From: Octopus vulgaris
Taxonomy: Eukaryota
Assembly: GCA_951406725.2 (NCBI GenBank)
Contig: OX597820.1
Location: 124,992,001-125,056,000 of the forward strand
DNA: 64,000 nt
Direction: 5' to 3'
The first letter of the stretch is position 1; each line of letters starts with the position of its first letter. This document shows, one piece after another, positions 47,559 to 62,590 of the stretch. Under the pieces are notes generated by a model. The model was not told the DNA's origin, did not search any database, and worked only from the letters and a program-made list of their open reading frames with translations. Made by a program: the position numbers and the translations under genes.

Positions 47559-50181
47559 TATATTGCATATATACATACATCCTTACATACATTCATACTT
47601 GCATACATACATGCTTACAAACGTACGCCCTGTCAAATCTGGCAGAATAATTAAAGAAATCGTTGGATGAGAATATGATGCTGGTGTCGGTCCTTCTATG
47701 TCGGTTTTTTTATCCTTGGCAAGTGATTGAAAACAAATTTGAATCGATGCACACATTGTTACAGAAACTGTGTAGCCAGAAAATAAGTAGATCTTCCGAT
47801 TGAGTGTATATGCACTTCAGCTGTGGCATAGTATGTCTTGCTCGTTGTAATTAAGGTTTTCATTTGTCCGTAGAAAATTCAACGACTTCGCTTTCATATT
47901 GATTCAGTTCGACGTCAATACATTAAAACCCATGGTAGAGGCTATCAGGCACATGTAGAAATGATGATGAGAATCCCGTAGTACCTAAAGTAAACACTTC
48001 GAAAACTTAGACGTAGACTTTAAAAAATTGTGGATGCGTATAAATTACACGAAGCAATTACAAGTATCTCAGATATAGTGGGGCAGCATCTATATGATAA
48101 TTTCCCAGAAAGCCTATTAAATATATATGTAGATGTTAGTATGTGTGTGTACATATCCATAGTATCAGATACGTTCATATCTATATGCATCTTTCTAACA
48201 TACCTAATCCCATAAACTATTAATAAATTGAAGCTGCTAAATTCAATAATAAATGAAACTATCTGTAACACAATATAACTTTTGACTTGTTCTGTTTTAT
48301 CACTAATATCCTTTTGTTTCGCCGAACACTTGATTTATTTGACTTATCGAGGTGAAATACAACAAATCAATAAATTCTTGTTGCATTACTGGACAGAAGA
48401 CACGTTCAGCTTTGAAAATGATCTGTTTTGCTAGACAACTTACTGTATTTTGCACAAGCTGGAACAGAACCGATGTATAAACACGTTCGTCTTCTCGAAA
48501 ATGTAACAAAATATCAAAGAACCGTGTCAGTCGACGTCAGTTGATGCATATTCATTCAACATACTGTTCTGAAAGATATTTAGTCATTAACGTAGCATGG
48601 TATATAATCTGGTAATTGCTTCCTAAGTGTGAGCTTATGTTCTTTTATTGGTTATAAATTAGTCTATAAATGATCTTGTATTTCGCCACATACATTTTGT
48701 AGATTAACCTCGACAGTATGCATATTTTTACCTTATTAACGTCGATGATAGAAACAAGAATCTGCATATAAATTAACCGCTCTATTGCCTTTTACTTTTG
48801 ATTGATTTAATATTTCATGTAACGTTTCAGTTCTAAATTATAGCTTCCGCTTGTTATATGGCATACTAAATTTCATATAAATACTAAAACGTAAACTATA
48901 ATTTCAAATAATCACAGGACTACACCTAATGAAAGCAGTTGTATTCAAATTGAGGGAGAAGCATGCCAGATTTATTGAAATGTCTGAAAAATCATAGCAC
49001 TGAAATAAATCTTCTAAATAAATTACTTTATATATTAATCATGCTAATTTCCAATTCCAGTGCAGTGGGCGTTTGATTCCACCACTCTTCTTGGTTTAGA
49101 TAAATTGCATCCCTTTAATACTTTTGTATCTAGCCAATATACGGTCCCACTTGCTCTAAGGTTATTGAAAACTGAAGTATTACCAGTAAATCGAGCAACT
49201 AGAAGTAGTAGCAAGGAAACCTCCTACTAGATTTTTACATGCTAGACTTTTACAATTGTTAAATATTTTGGTTAACTTACTTCGTGTCAGTAATGCAGAC
49301 CGGTTTCTCATAACTTGATAAAGTTTTGTGTTTTGTTTGTGAAGGATATACTTTCATTATAGAAAATCGTAGATGTTGGGTGTAAATAAATTCCGCGGTT
49401 AAACATGAAAAATGTAAACAGCCCTGACGTTTTAGCTATGCATGAAACAGCGACAATACTCGCATAAATATGTAAAGGCAATATGAAACAAGAAGCATTT
49501 ATACATATGAAGGAACTATAAATTACGAAGTAATGATATGGCAAGTATTAAATTTCTACTTTTCTACTGAATTTAAACAACAAACCTAAACATTGAGTCG
49601 TCTTTCAAAAAATTGTCATCAAACTACGAAATCTAACATACGCTACTTAGACGAATATAAGAAATTCAGGCATGCTACGATACAAAATATATATAATTAA
49701 AGGAACACATTTATGAAAGGACAATATCTTGCTTCGCCACATATTACGTATCTGTCATGCATTATATGAAACAAAGTGCATGTCCATCACATTTCCAATT
49801 AATTTCCAAAACAAATTCCTATAAGACATTGCATACATCAAATCGTACGTGCAGCTAAATAATGAAAATTACATTCCAGCATTAACAACGTCCAATATTA
49901 TATAAGATAACAAAGTATTCAAAAGAAATGAGGATAATAGAAATATAATGATGCAGCAACGTGTATATCAACCCACTGGATTATATGTACCAACAATCAA
50001 AGGTATCCAAGCAATGGTACTGAGAAACTTTACAGACCCAAACACAGAATGAATACAAAAAACATACCTCTCGTTATGTTCTAAACGATGTACACCAACT
50101 CTTACACATACAACAATAGGCTGGCCACTCGTCGGTTTTTGCAGTAGACCTCTAGCTATTTCAACCCTATTCCTTGTACTT

Positions 50182-50250
<69 letters not shown>

Positions 50251-51059
50251 GAATAAACATAATCGCTGTAATGTATACGATGAAAAAGTAGACGCTAACA
50301 AATAACCTATCCCACTCAGTTTTGGGTTTGTAGAAATCATAGAATCGTTAAAAACAACAAAAGGGTAATGAAATCGAAAATAAATCGCAGAACACAGAAA
50401 CCAGCATAAAGCGTTTCCAACTTAAAACATGAGCAGACATAAATAAAAATTAAACAGGAATTATCCGCACAACCGACTCTAACAACTGCCACATCACATA
50501 CACATCAGAATAAAATTGTCAGGTTACACATCGTCATACCAAAACTATAGACGCATCCTTGTAAGATAATACGTTTACAAATAGACATGAAAAACAATAT
50601 TACGACAGGAACAAAACACGAGAGTTACGCTCTTTCCACTTATATTATGATATCGGATGCGTTTATTTATCAAAGACCAATACAATTAAACCATAACTCC
50701 AGTAACATCAGATTATGTCAAAATATCAAATAAATATATCGACTATTTAGGAACTGGATAAACTAGTAATCAACGAGTAACACTACGCCAATCACAAGGC
50801 AATAGGGGATTGACTTTGCAATTACTAGATCTAAAAGATGTATCAGAAAGCCTTCTTCCAAATAGTCTGTGTAATCTTTAGCATGAAATACCAAAATGCA
50901 CAGCATACATTACATACATTGTTTTTATTATTTTAGTTTTCTATTTTATGGTGCTAAGTGCTAAGAAAACATCATAAACATTAGATAAGTCACAAATTGT
51001 CAGGAAATGGGTGTGGCATTTTTTCTAAAGCAATTCTACAGCTGTAACTAAAAGTGCTT

Positions 51060-51575
51060 GTCAGTCTGCCTCATGGTCCAGGCGGAAAAATGGAAAAGGC
51101 GTTTCCCCGGAGGATGGCGAGGAAGACGCTCATGCAGATAGCCATCCCTTCTCCGATTACAATGAACAAGGATGTAGTTCGGGGGCCAAGAAGGCCGGAG
51201 GTCTCCCCTACTACAGACACGGCCACAAATCTGTCAGAGTGAGTTCAATACTTTGACAGTTTGCCCTTCTCGGCTTCACGAGTAGCGAAACCTGGGCTGG
51301 TTGCCGTACGCGCTAGGTTGCTGCTGGAGTAAGTGTTGCAGCATATGGCATCCCAGATGAAAGGTCTACCATCACGGAACGGGAAAATTACCACACCATC
51401 CGGCTTTTTACCGACTTCTCTGTCCAGCTCTATCACTCGAAATGGGAACGGAAACCTGCGGCATCTGGGCCATGTTTTATGATCTTAGTGGGTTGAGCAT
51501 GGCGTAGATGGCCAGCACTGTTATGACATGACAATAAGTGGAAGCCGAATGAAGCCACAAGGGATCAGCATTTGT
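51060..51575 (-). mobile_element. CRE-like non-LTR retrotransposon C-terminal endonuclease fragment
   Basis: GKKPDGVVIFPFRDGRPFIWDAICCNTY...AE..K.SKY and LAILRGNAFSI, the PD-(D/E)xK region typical of CRE-type elements. Confidence 0.7.
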
Positions 51576-52314
51576 GAGGCTCACAGATCCGAAATTTAAG
51601 TCTCAGAGAAACATCGAACGTTTATTTGTTTTAGAATTTTTAGCGCGTTGGACACAAAGGATAGCGGCATTGCTTAAACACTTTTCGTTCTGAGTTTAAA
51701 ACCCTCCCCATCTATATTTTTCTTCATTTCGGAATCGATAAAATTAAAGTAACTGTGAATTGATGGTGCGCTAACCTCCAAATTGCTAGCTTCGTTTTAA
51801 AAGTAAAAGGAGATATGTTACAAATAACAAAGCAAGAAATAATTATATCAATACTTTAAAAATAGAATAATAATTGAAATATATCGTAGATTCAGTTTAT
51901 CGCTGCAAGGTATCATGTTTTACATTACAAATACCAAATGTCTTATTTCTAGAAGAAACGTATTAATTGGAATTCCAATAAAGTACTTATATTTATATAT
52001 ATATTAGTAAACATGACTTAATGGTCAGAAAATTACTTTGCGTCCGAAATGCAAGAATAACTAATGACTGCCTATATATCCATTGTGTTTTGTCAGAGAT
52101 ATAAGGATTCGTCCTATTAACTTTATTTGATAAATTTTATATTGTCAAAAACCCATCGTTGGTAAACACTGAGTGACTGGACATATGATGTATGATATGA
52201 TCTTTCAATAATTATAGCCGACAGAAATATGACTAATTTCTCTGGCACACTGATATAGATTTCCTGGAGATGCTAACATTACAACCTAAATTCTTTCAAA
52301 TGCAACCAGGCGCC

Positions 52315-53050
52315 TTAACCCATTAATACCCAAAATTTTAAAAAAATTGAATTTTTTTTTGTTATTTTCACATAGGTTGTATACTTTTATGTTCACAACA
52401 AAATTTTGTGAATTTCATAATAGTACAGTTATTTTTAGACTCGTATGATGTATCATACGCTGTGTATATAGGGTTAACATTTTGAAATAAGGATGAGGAA
52501 AACAGTTTTTAATCTCATTTTTTTACAAAAATTTTTGATGATAAGTAAATATAATATTGCTAAGAGGAATACCATTTATTGATGAAAATGAATAAAGCAT
52601 GTATCAAGATGTAGGCCTACATTGCATTTGATGCAAACTGATTTGATGCATTTTCCAGAAGCTGCGCACCGCCTTTGAGTTTCAACTTTCTTGACAAGGT
52701 GGTGTTATCGAAACGTGCCCTTTGCGGAACTTGCTTCTTTGATTTGCGACGTACCACTATTTTCTTTTCTAATTCTGGTGCAGCAAGCAATGCAGTAATT
52801 ATTTGCCCTGTAATTTCCAGGAGAGAAATATTCCTCTGAATGCAGCGGAATAAATTTACAATGAATCCGTTGAAGCAAAACCTAAACAAAGGCCAGTGCC
52901 ATTTTCTTGATCGTATTCTAATTCGATAATGAATTCTCAATTTGTCAATTAGAATGATACCTCCAATGTGTTTGTTAGATAGCTTCACAATATTTGGTTG
53001 AAGTACTGATGCTGTATTTCGCTCAGATTTTTTGCCATCGTTTGTAGTTG
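52315..53050 (-). mobile_element. piggyBac transposon 3' fragment (end of catalytic domain, Cys-rich domain, terminus)
   Basis: NKHIGGIILID...YRIRIRSRKWHWPLF, then after a frameshift QRRCAASGKCIKSVCIKCNVGLHLDTCFIHFHQ* (stop ~52576); TTAA-CCC terminus at 52315-52321. Confidence 0.85.
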
Positions 53051-53054
53051 CCAA

Positions 53055-53492
53055 CATCGATCTAATCGACTGGCCCACTCCCCCAAAATTTCGCGCCTTG
53101 TGCCTACAGTAGAAAAGAATAATAAATATAGCATAACGATTGGCTTCAAATTTTAGCACAAAGTGATCAATTTCGGGGAAAGGAGTATCAACTCCAGATG
53201 TCAGTTGGTACCTAATTTATCGACTCCGAAATTTTGAAAGGCAAAGTTGACACCGGCGGCATTTGAACTCAACCAGTAAAAACGGAAGAGATGCCGCCAA
53301 GCATTTAGCCTGTGCCGTAACAATTCTGCCAGCTCCATGCCTTATACGATATCAATATTGATTTCAAAGTTTGGCACAAGATCAGCAATTTCACGCTCAA
53401 CATGTGCTTATTTTATTAACGTCGAAAGGATGAAATGCGAAATCGAACTCAAAGCGTAAGGACAGCGAGTTAAGAATTCTGCCAACTTGCCA
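53055..53492. mobile_element. Family-C SINE pieces abutting the piggyBac fragment
   Basis: 3' part (+) 53055-53125; full copy (-) 53138-53344; deleted copy (-) 53356-53492. Confidence 0.7.
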
Positions 53493-55067
53493 ATTAATAA
53501 AATATTGATATTGACTACGTTTTTATATTCCTCTTCTATATGCATACAGAGAAGGGGAGATAGAACGATAGGGAGAGAAAAAATAGAGACAGAAAGGGAT
53601 ACATTTATATCATAAAAAGGACAGTGGTGAGTGAATAAAGGAACATTTCACTGCTAATTTATAAGGTCTAGGAGTATTTAAAATATGTTAAGTTCATTAT
53701 TAAATGACCTATACCGGATCTACTTCTTCCGTTATACAATCGTTTCTACTGTGTATTTTACTTAATCTGCTTCGTCTTTCGTACTATTTGGTTTCAAGTC
53801 TCCCTTCCTCTCATACTTCACTAACTATATTAAAAGTATCATATGTTCTCCTTGAAGCTCAGTAAACATCTCAAAACATATAAATGAATCAGAAGGAAGC
53901 ATTTGACCAGAAGTTCAGTTGTAGCTGCTCCTCAAAAGTACATGAGACACGTAATAAGATCAATCGAGGAGGAGATGTAAGACACACTTTATACACCTAC
54001 ACACGAATCAAAATTACTTCTATCATTTCAGTGGAACGCAATCATGCTTGTATTTTTCTGTTTCTTTCAATAACATTCTCTCTCACACACGCAGAGTAGC
54101 TTCTTAAAGATATACACATATGTGTGTGTGTATGCGCACGTGCGTGTCTGGGTCTGAGTGTTTGTGTGTATGTGTGTAATTATACCAATACTACTATACA
54201 TACATGAATAAGTACGTGCATACACATACTCTTTTGTGAAGTGTTATCCTAAATAGTCATTTGTGAGTAAGTTACATAGAATTATGGATAGACGAATTCT
54301 TTTCGAAGAGACTCCACGAAAGGCTCGGTAAGAAGTAGCACCAATTCGCAATAGTCACACAACCAAACAATTCTCCAGTTAACCTTTCGTTACATTCTAA
54401 TTTTTCGTAAGAAAGGGCAAAGGAATTTCCTCAAACGGAAAGGAATGAGAGTTCGGTTCCCGAAGGAAATGGCGAATGAGTTGCTTTAAATAAATTTTAC
54501 GATAGAATAACTATATTAAATGTTATAAAGCGATAGCATACTTATATACTAGAGAAATACCTCTCTCACCCTATCTGTGTCACTGTCGAAGTCTATCTCT
54601 CTCTGCATATACATGTATGTATGTGTGTGGGTGTATATATATATATATATATATATATATGAACACATATGCTTTGTGTGTTGTGTGTGTGCGCGCGAGT
54701 GTACGTGTAATATCACAAGAAAGACAATCAATTAGACAGCAACCAAAATGTTAAAAAACATGAGTCCAGGAAGCTACAACGAAATTCTACTTGTAGGTAT
54801 GCCGAAAGATGTTCTTTCCGTACATTAGTTAAAAGTTAGATATCTTTCAGGTGACATCTTGAAAACATATATTCTAATATTGTCTGGGTCAGAAGAAAAG
54901 AACCAAATATGAGTGGAATACAGTTCCAGAAACCTTGTTGAAGACCGGAGAATAGGCTTCTAAATTTAATGATAGATAAAACCAGTCCAAATTTTGGATG
55001 GAAAAAATGAAAGACCAGCATGAAGTTTGCTCTTTGGAAGTATTCCTACTGGGGACTTTGTCGTATG

Positions 55068-55122
<55 letters not shown>

Positions 55123-55345
55123 GGAGAGAGAGAGAGAGCGAGAGAGAGAGAGAGATAGAGAGATAGAGAGATAGATAGATAGATAGATAGATATATAGAG
55201 GGATTGATACATATATACGTAGCTACCTGCCTGCCTACATACATACATACATATATACATACATACATACATACATACACACACACATACATACATACAT
55301 ACATACATACATACACACATACATACATACATACGTACATACACA

Positions 55346-56368
55346 CGTGGTGGTATCAAAAACTTCCTGCACTTGCTATCTTTAATAAAAATAGTTATCT
55401 TATTTACTTAAGTTTTATCAACATCTGATTCTAGGTAGTCACCTGGCGCAGGGTTATACCGGTCGCTTTCACTGAATGCCTTCCCTCAAATGCTTCAAAA
55501 ACGTCGCAGCGAAACTCTCGATTGACAATCTGGCCGTGAGGTGGGGTGGGGGTTGGGAGAATTCTCGATGCAAAATACCACGTATTTCGAGAAAACACGA
55601 TGAGCTCTTGATTGTATTGAGTCTCTGCTGTGCCTTCTTCGATCGTGGAGATGAATGGCTCTTCCAATGTACTACTGCTGTTTCGTCTCAGGCTCGCACC
55701 CTTACACCAAACTCACAGGTCATGATCTTCGATAAGAAGGATGGGTTATCAGCGGCACTCTGGCGGAGTTCTTGGCAGACTTCGAAGCGGTGTTTTCTTG
55801 GCTCGGTGATCAGCATGCGTGAGACAAGCTTGGCACAGATACGCCGCAACTTCAATTCAGATATTAGAATTGTCCGCACTGAACCATATGACAGACCGTC
55901 AACACCAATAACGTCGTTGAGTGTTATCCGATGACTCTCATGCACAAGCTGATTACGTTTCCGGGCGTGATGCACGTGGCCGGTCTTCCAGATCGCCCTT
56001 TGTCTTCAAGGGACGTTCTTCTGCTTCTAAAGCGCCAGCGCCAATCGAAACATTGCGTACGACTCATTGCCTTTTCACCGTAAGCTTGTCGACGCATGCT
56101 CAACGACTCTGTAGCAGACTTACCAAGTTTAACGCAAAATTTTACGTTGGCTCTTTGTGCAAAGATCCTATCCATGACAAAATCACAGACTATAGAATGC
56201 ATGTGACCAAAAAACACGAATTTCGAAACTTGCGAAGTAAACATAACAACGTCATTGGACACACTGCCTCATGAAGATCACTAGTAGCTATTACCGCGCA
56301 CGCCACCGTGTACTGCCATCTCTTGACGCGTTAGAGAACAAGTCCGGGAAATTTTTGATACCACATTG
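55346..56368 (-). mobile_element. Mariner DNA transposon, internally deleted and decayed
   Basis: TIRs gtggtatcaaaaacttcctgcacttg and caagtccgggaaatttttgataccac; peptides QRANVKFCVKLGKSATE...RSGRP and GLSYGSVRTILISELKLRRICAKLVSRML. Confidence 0.88.
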
Positions 56369-56539
56369 TATACACACACTTCCGTGCACGCAAACACGTA
56401 TTTGTCTAGCCACTACACACAGACGCCGCTACACACACATTCTCTCTCCTTGTGTCTCTCCTTGTTTTTCTCTTCTTTTTCATCTCTCCTTTTATTCTCT
56501 ACTATTTTTATCTCCTTTTTTTTCTCTCCATTTTTCTCC

Positions 56540-56807
<268 letters not shown>

Positions 56808-57387
56808 GTGTGTGTGTATGTATGTATGCATGTAGGTCGTTAGGAATAAACGGTGAGAATAGTAGAGAATGAAATGCAATTGTAAAATGTACTGAATCAG
56901 GAAGAAAGACATATACAAAACAAAATATTGGTATTTGTAGCAACTGTAAAATCGGATGGAAAGCTCAGGAAATACCATATGCTATATTTAATTATACGTT
57001 GAGGTCGATGCAGTTTATCTTAGTTCCAGCATGTGAACTCTGATGCCTGTGCGATAAATGTGTGCCGGTAAGATGTCAGAAACCTTTAATTTGGAGATTG
57101 CTTTTTGCACAAATACGTTTAGTGAGGAAATTAGTAAGTTTTAAAATACAAAATATAATAGGAAGCTGATAAGCGAGTTCGTAGCATTGTTATAGAGCAT
57201 AGGTGTTTTGTGAACGAAGAATAGAAATATCAAGTGCGCGTACTACATTTTATATTGTATATTAGCGAATGCAGAATTATCAGTAAACACGTGTTGTTTT
57301 TCTAGAGGTTGTATGTCCAAATTAGGTGAATATTATTGTATACTCTCATGAAATTTAACTGAGAGAGAATAATCAAACGGACAGGGT

Positions 57388-57651
<264 letters not shown>

Positions 57652-57774
57652 ATCTCTCTATCTATATATCTTTTTATCTATCTATCTATCTTGCATGAGT
57701 GAGTGTACTCGTGACATGCAGTTTGCCTGATGGCGTTTATACATCCATATTTGTTAACGGTTATCTTTAATACT

Positions 57775-57931
57775 TGGCTGTGGAAAGAAGCTTGTTTCCC
57801 AATCACACGGTTCTGGGTTAAGCTGCACTGCGTGGCACCTTGGGCTACTGTTGACTCGGGGCGACCAAAGCCTTCTGAGTGGATTTGGCAGGCTGAAAAC
57901 TGAAAGAAGCTCGTCGTTTATATATATAAGG

Positions 57932-57964
<33 letters not shown>

Positions 57965-60031
57965 CCAACTCATAGCTGCCAAGAAGAATCTTGATGAGGC
58001 TTACTTGAACGCCGTGGTCGACTTTATCAATGGCAAAATTAGTAAACTATTCAAAGAGCACATTAGTAAAAAACACCATCTGGCCTGGAAATCTATCAAA
58101 GACCTATCAGGCAAAAATTCTGGGTCATCAATTAGAATTAAAGGGGGATCAGCTAAGAAGCGTTTAGAAAATTGGTCAACCCATTTTAAAAACCTCCTTG
58201 GGAAGAATGCCAAAATCCCTGATAACCCCACTCTTCCAAGTGTGCCTATATCAGACACGCTGGACATCAACACCTCTCCTTTTCCCATATTTAAACTTAC
58301 AGCAGCCACCAAGCAACTAAAAGCCTGGAAAGCATTTGGTCCCGACAACATCCCAGCTGTAATTTGGAAGGATGATAGATTTCACACACCTTTGCTCAAC
58401 CTCTGCAACCACACACTTTCCACCTTTGTCGCTCCAAAGATTTGGCACCAATCTCAAATCATTCCAGTACCCAAAAAAGGCGATTTATCCCTCGTCACCA
58501 ACTACAGGGGTATATCTCTAATACCAATTGCTGCAAAACTGTACAACAAACTGATCCTAAATCGTCTTGTCCGTTTTGTTGAACCTTTGCTCCGAAAGAA
58601 CCAAAATGGATTCAGACATGGGCGCTCAACGCTGAGCCAGATACTATGCCTACGCAGACTTATTGAAGAATCAAAAGCATATAATCGCGATCTTGCAATG
58701 GTATTTGTAGACTTTTCTAAAGCGTTCGATTCTGTAGATAGGTACAAGATGTTTGAAATCCTTAAGCTCTATGGGATACCAGACAAAATCATTTCTGCCA
58801 TCAAGGTCCTCTACACAGATACGTTTTCAACCATCTTAACCCCTGACGGAGAAACATCATCTTTCTCAATCAAAGCCGGAATACTGCAGGGAGACACACT
58901 CGCCCCATTTCTTTTCATCATTGTTGTTGATTATGTGCTACGTATGTCAGTTGATACCATTCCTGGCAAGGGCTTTGAAATAAAACCAAGAAGAAGTTCC
59001 AGACACCCAGCTGAGTACTTGACAGAACTGACTTTGCTGACGACATCACTCTTATCAGTGATTCTCTCTCCAATGCCCAGTCTCTTTTACAATCCCTTGA
59101 ACAAGCCTCAAATTGTGTAGGTCTTTATCTCAATGAGGCCAAAACTGAATACATAAACAAGTGCCTGTCCAACAGTGACTGCATCATCCATACTCTCAAC
59201 AATGCGCCCTTAAATATGGTTTCTGATTATAAATATCTCGGGTCATACATATCATCATCTGGAAAAGACTTTCTAACTAGAAAGGGTATGGCCTGGTCAG
59301 TCTGTAATGACATGCATAAGATCTGGTCATCAAATTTAAGTAGAGACTTCAAACTTGAAATATTCAAAGCCACAGTCGAACCAATTCTACTATATGGCTC
59401 AGAAACCTGGACGTTATCAAAGAAGCTTGAGAGGCGGTTGGATGGAACCTACACTCGCCTCCTTATGAGAGCTCAAAATCTCTCGTGGAAGCGCCATCCA
59501 ACCAAAATGCAGATATATGGGAAACCACCACCTGTGTCATCTCTTGTGAAAGGTAGGAGAGTCCAGTTTGCTGGACATTGTTGTAGAGCTGAAAAAGAAG
59601 TAATTTCTACTCTTCTCCTCTGGAAGCCATCTATTCGCAATACCAGAGGGCGCACACTCTCCTACCCTAATGTAATCTCCAGGGATACAGGCATCCAGCA
59701 ACAGGACCTCCGTAATGTCATGATGGACCGTGAAGTCTGGCGTAGCATGGTAAATTCCATTGTCTCGACCACAGTCGAACAATGATGATGATGATATGTG
59801 TGTGTGTGTGTGTTTGTGTCTCTGTTTGACCTCCCCATCACCGCTTGAAAACTGGTGCTGGTGTATTTATGTCCCCCGTAATTAGCGGTTCGGCAAAAGG
59901 ACCTGATAGAATAAGTACCAGGCTTTAACAAAGTATGTCCTGGAGTCTAAGTGTTCAACTAAAAGGTAGTGTCCCAGCATGGCCGCAGTCATATGACAGA
60001 AACCGATAAAAGAATAACAGAATAAAAGAAT
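57775..60031 (+). mobile_element. SINE family B split by the RTE LINE (5' half 57775-57916, 3' half ~59797-60031)
   Basis: 5' half ends at gaaagaagctcgtcg plus TA tract; 3' half resumes with (TG)n tttgtgtctctgtttg...cagcatggccgcagtc...aataaaagaat. Confidence 0.85.
57965..59794 (+). mobile_element. 5'-truncated RTE-clade LINE (RT domain and C-terminus), one frameshift, (TGA)n tail
   Basis: NYRGISL, QNGFR, FVDFSKAFDSV, GILQGDTLAP, frameshift just before DFADD (~59025), YKYLGS, LLYGSETW, QFAGHC; stop at 59783 followed by (TGA)n. Confidence 0.92.
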
Positions 60032-60332
60032 GTATAATGTTAGCTGTGTCTTCGTGAAGCACTGTAATCAAGTGCATTTATATCGATATTCTAAACGAGG
60101 CAGGTAGAGCATTCAAAATTTCTGGTCAATTCTGTTAGCAGAATAATTACATGTTACACGGTTAGGAATTACAAAGGTATACATGCAGGAAAAAAAAAAC
60201 ATAGTGAAACTCGTATTGGTAATTTCTCAAAGATTAAAAAAATCATGCGCACACACGGGGACACACGCACCGGAAACCCACACACACATATACACACACT
60301 CGCAAGTAGATGAATATCAATTTACACACACG

Positions 60333-60840
<508 letters not shown>

Positions 60841-61014
60841 TTAAATAAGTATTTGTCTTTCTTTGTATAAATAAGCATAATTATTTCTATTCATGCAATA
60901 TTTTGTGCCATAGATTGCATAAAATAAACTTACAGAAGAATCTTTCTGAAATGTATTTCCGAAAGAGATATCTCACTTCTATACAAAAGTAGCAGTATTG
61001 AGTTAAACACGTAC

Positions 61015-61255
61015 ATTTTGTCCTTTGTGTGCTGGTAAACATCGAGTATGGTTGTGTAAATAATTGATGACGGATCTGCAACTACAATCCCTTAGGCATT
61101 CCAACGTTCCGTGCTGATTTGTGGTTGCAATTCTTGGAACGGCACTTGTATCAAAATCTATGAAGCAAATTTCGTCCTTCCCCTTCAATATATGGATAAC
61201 GGGAAGAGTTGGGGTATGCTCTCTTGAAGCGGCATTTTCATTCATTCTCTTAGAT
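61015..61255 (-). CDS. Candidate coding exon of an unknown gene with a PAN/apple-like Cys pattern
   Basis: Minus-strand acceptor ctttcttacttttttcccctttgttgttacag|A; only one frame open for about 240 nt (SKRMNENAASREHTPTLPVIHILKGKDEICFIDFDTSAVPRIATTNQHGTLECLRDCSCRSVINYLHNHTRCLPAHKGQN); possible donor AAT|gtacgt, or stop at 61003. Visibly less AT-rich than the flanks. Homology not confirmed. Confidence 0.38.
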
Positions 61256-61794
61256 CTGTAACAACAAAGGGGAAAAAAGTAAGAAAGAAAGTACGTATTT
61301 GAATCTGTAGAGCCATGTTCGTACGTAACATCCAATTATGAAACCTTATATAATTTCTCGTGTTCCGTTGATGAAAAATTATGGTAATATTCTGATTCCC
61401 ATTCATATACACGTATTCATTACATTAATTGTTATATATATCTTTGAATAGTTGTAAAGCATTTCATAATTTAGATATTTCATTCCTGGAGATGTATCAT
61501 AACTGATACAACGTTTGTTGCGTTCGCTTTAAAAATTTATTCGTTCATTGTCTGCATGTTCTTTGGCTATGATTCGCTATTAAGATATATCCAAACAGAG
61601 CAATTGAATGATTGAGGTCACTAACCTTTAATATTAAGACATTTCTTTATGAAATATACTTTAAATAATAAATGAACGCGATATGTTCAATTTAATGCCA
61701 TATGAAATTACAGTAGCTTATATCCATTTACTATTATGCATTTCTTGCCTGAAAGTATTTGATTTCAAATAGAATGTCTTTATGTGGTATAATA

Positions 61795-62056
61795 ATAATA
61801 GATTCAAATGTTGGTTCTAGGCCAGCAATTGCAGAGAAGTGTGGAAGTCGAAAACAGCAACGCCAGTGTTCAACTGGCACTTGTTTTATTGACTGCGAAA
61901 GGATGAAAAGTAAAGTCAACCTCGGTGGAATTTGACCACGGGTTGTATAGACGGACAAAATACTGCTGAGCATTTTCCCCCGCTTGTTGACTATTCTGCC
62001 AGCTCACCGCCTTAAAAATGATGATGATAATGATGATGATGATGATAATGATGATG

Positions 62057-62087
<31 letters not shown>

Positions 62088-62322
62088 TAATAATAATAAA
62101 AATATCCCTTTTCTACTATAGGTACAAATCCTGAAATTTAAGAGGAGGGGCCTGTCAATTAGATTGACTCCAGTACATAAATGCTAATTAATTTATCGAC
62201 TCGGAAAGGATGAAAGGCAAAGTCGATCTTGGCGGAATTTGAACTCAGAACGTAGCGGCAGACGAAATACAGCTAAGCATTTCGCCCGTCTTGCTAAGGA
62301 TTCTTCCAGCTCAACGCCTTAT
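61795..62322 (-). mobile_element. Two family-C SINEs separated by a (GAT/AAT)n tract
   Basis: 61795-62014 and 62107-62322 both carry gaaaggatgaaa..aaagtc, ggaatttga and ccagctca.cgcctt. Confidence 0.8.
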
Positions 62323-62339
62323 CAATAATAATAATAATA

Positions 62340-62395
<56 letters not shown>

Positions 62396-62427
62396 AATAA
62401 CAAAAACAACAACAACAATAATAATAA
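62323..62427 (+). repeat. (AAT)n(GAT)n(AAC)n compound microsatellite
   Basis: Seen directly. Confidence 0.95.
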
Positions 62428-62590
62428 CATGACTCAGTGGTTGAAACATGGGGTTCACAATCATGAGGTAATGAGTTCGATTCCCTGACCGGACCGAGCT
62501 GTGTGTTGTGTTCTTGTGCAAGACACTTTATTTCACGTTGCCCCATGGCACTCAGCTGTAGAAATGAGTTGTAACGTTACTGGCGCCACA
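62425..62590 (+). mobile_element. tRNA-derived SINE, family D fragment
   Basis: A box tgactcagtggttg, B box gagttcgattccc, then ttgtgttcttgtgcaagacacttta. Confidence 0.6.

Noticed and set aside
49570-50900. A/C-rich stretch as the Penelope or L1 ORF partnering the hammerhead cassettes
   Set aside because: No RT or GIY-YIG motifs recoverable by eye; many stops.
52617-53159. 180-aa ORF as an intact or domesticated PGBD gene
   Set aside because: The N-terminus derives from SINE sequence, the catalytic motif is degenerate and the Cys-rich domain is out of frame.
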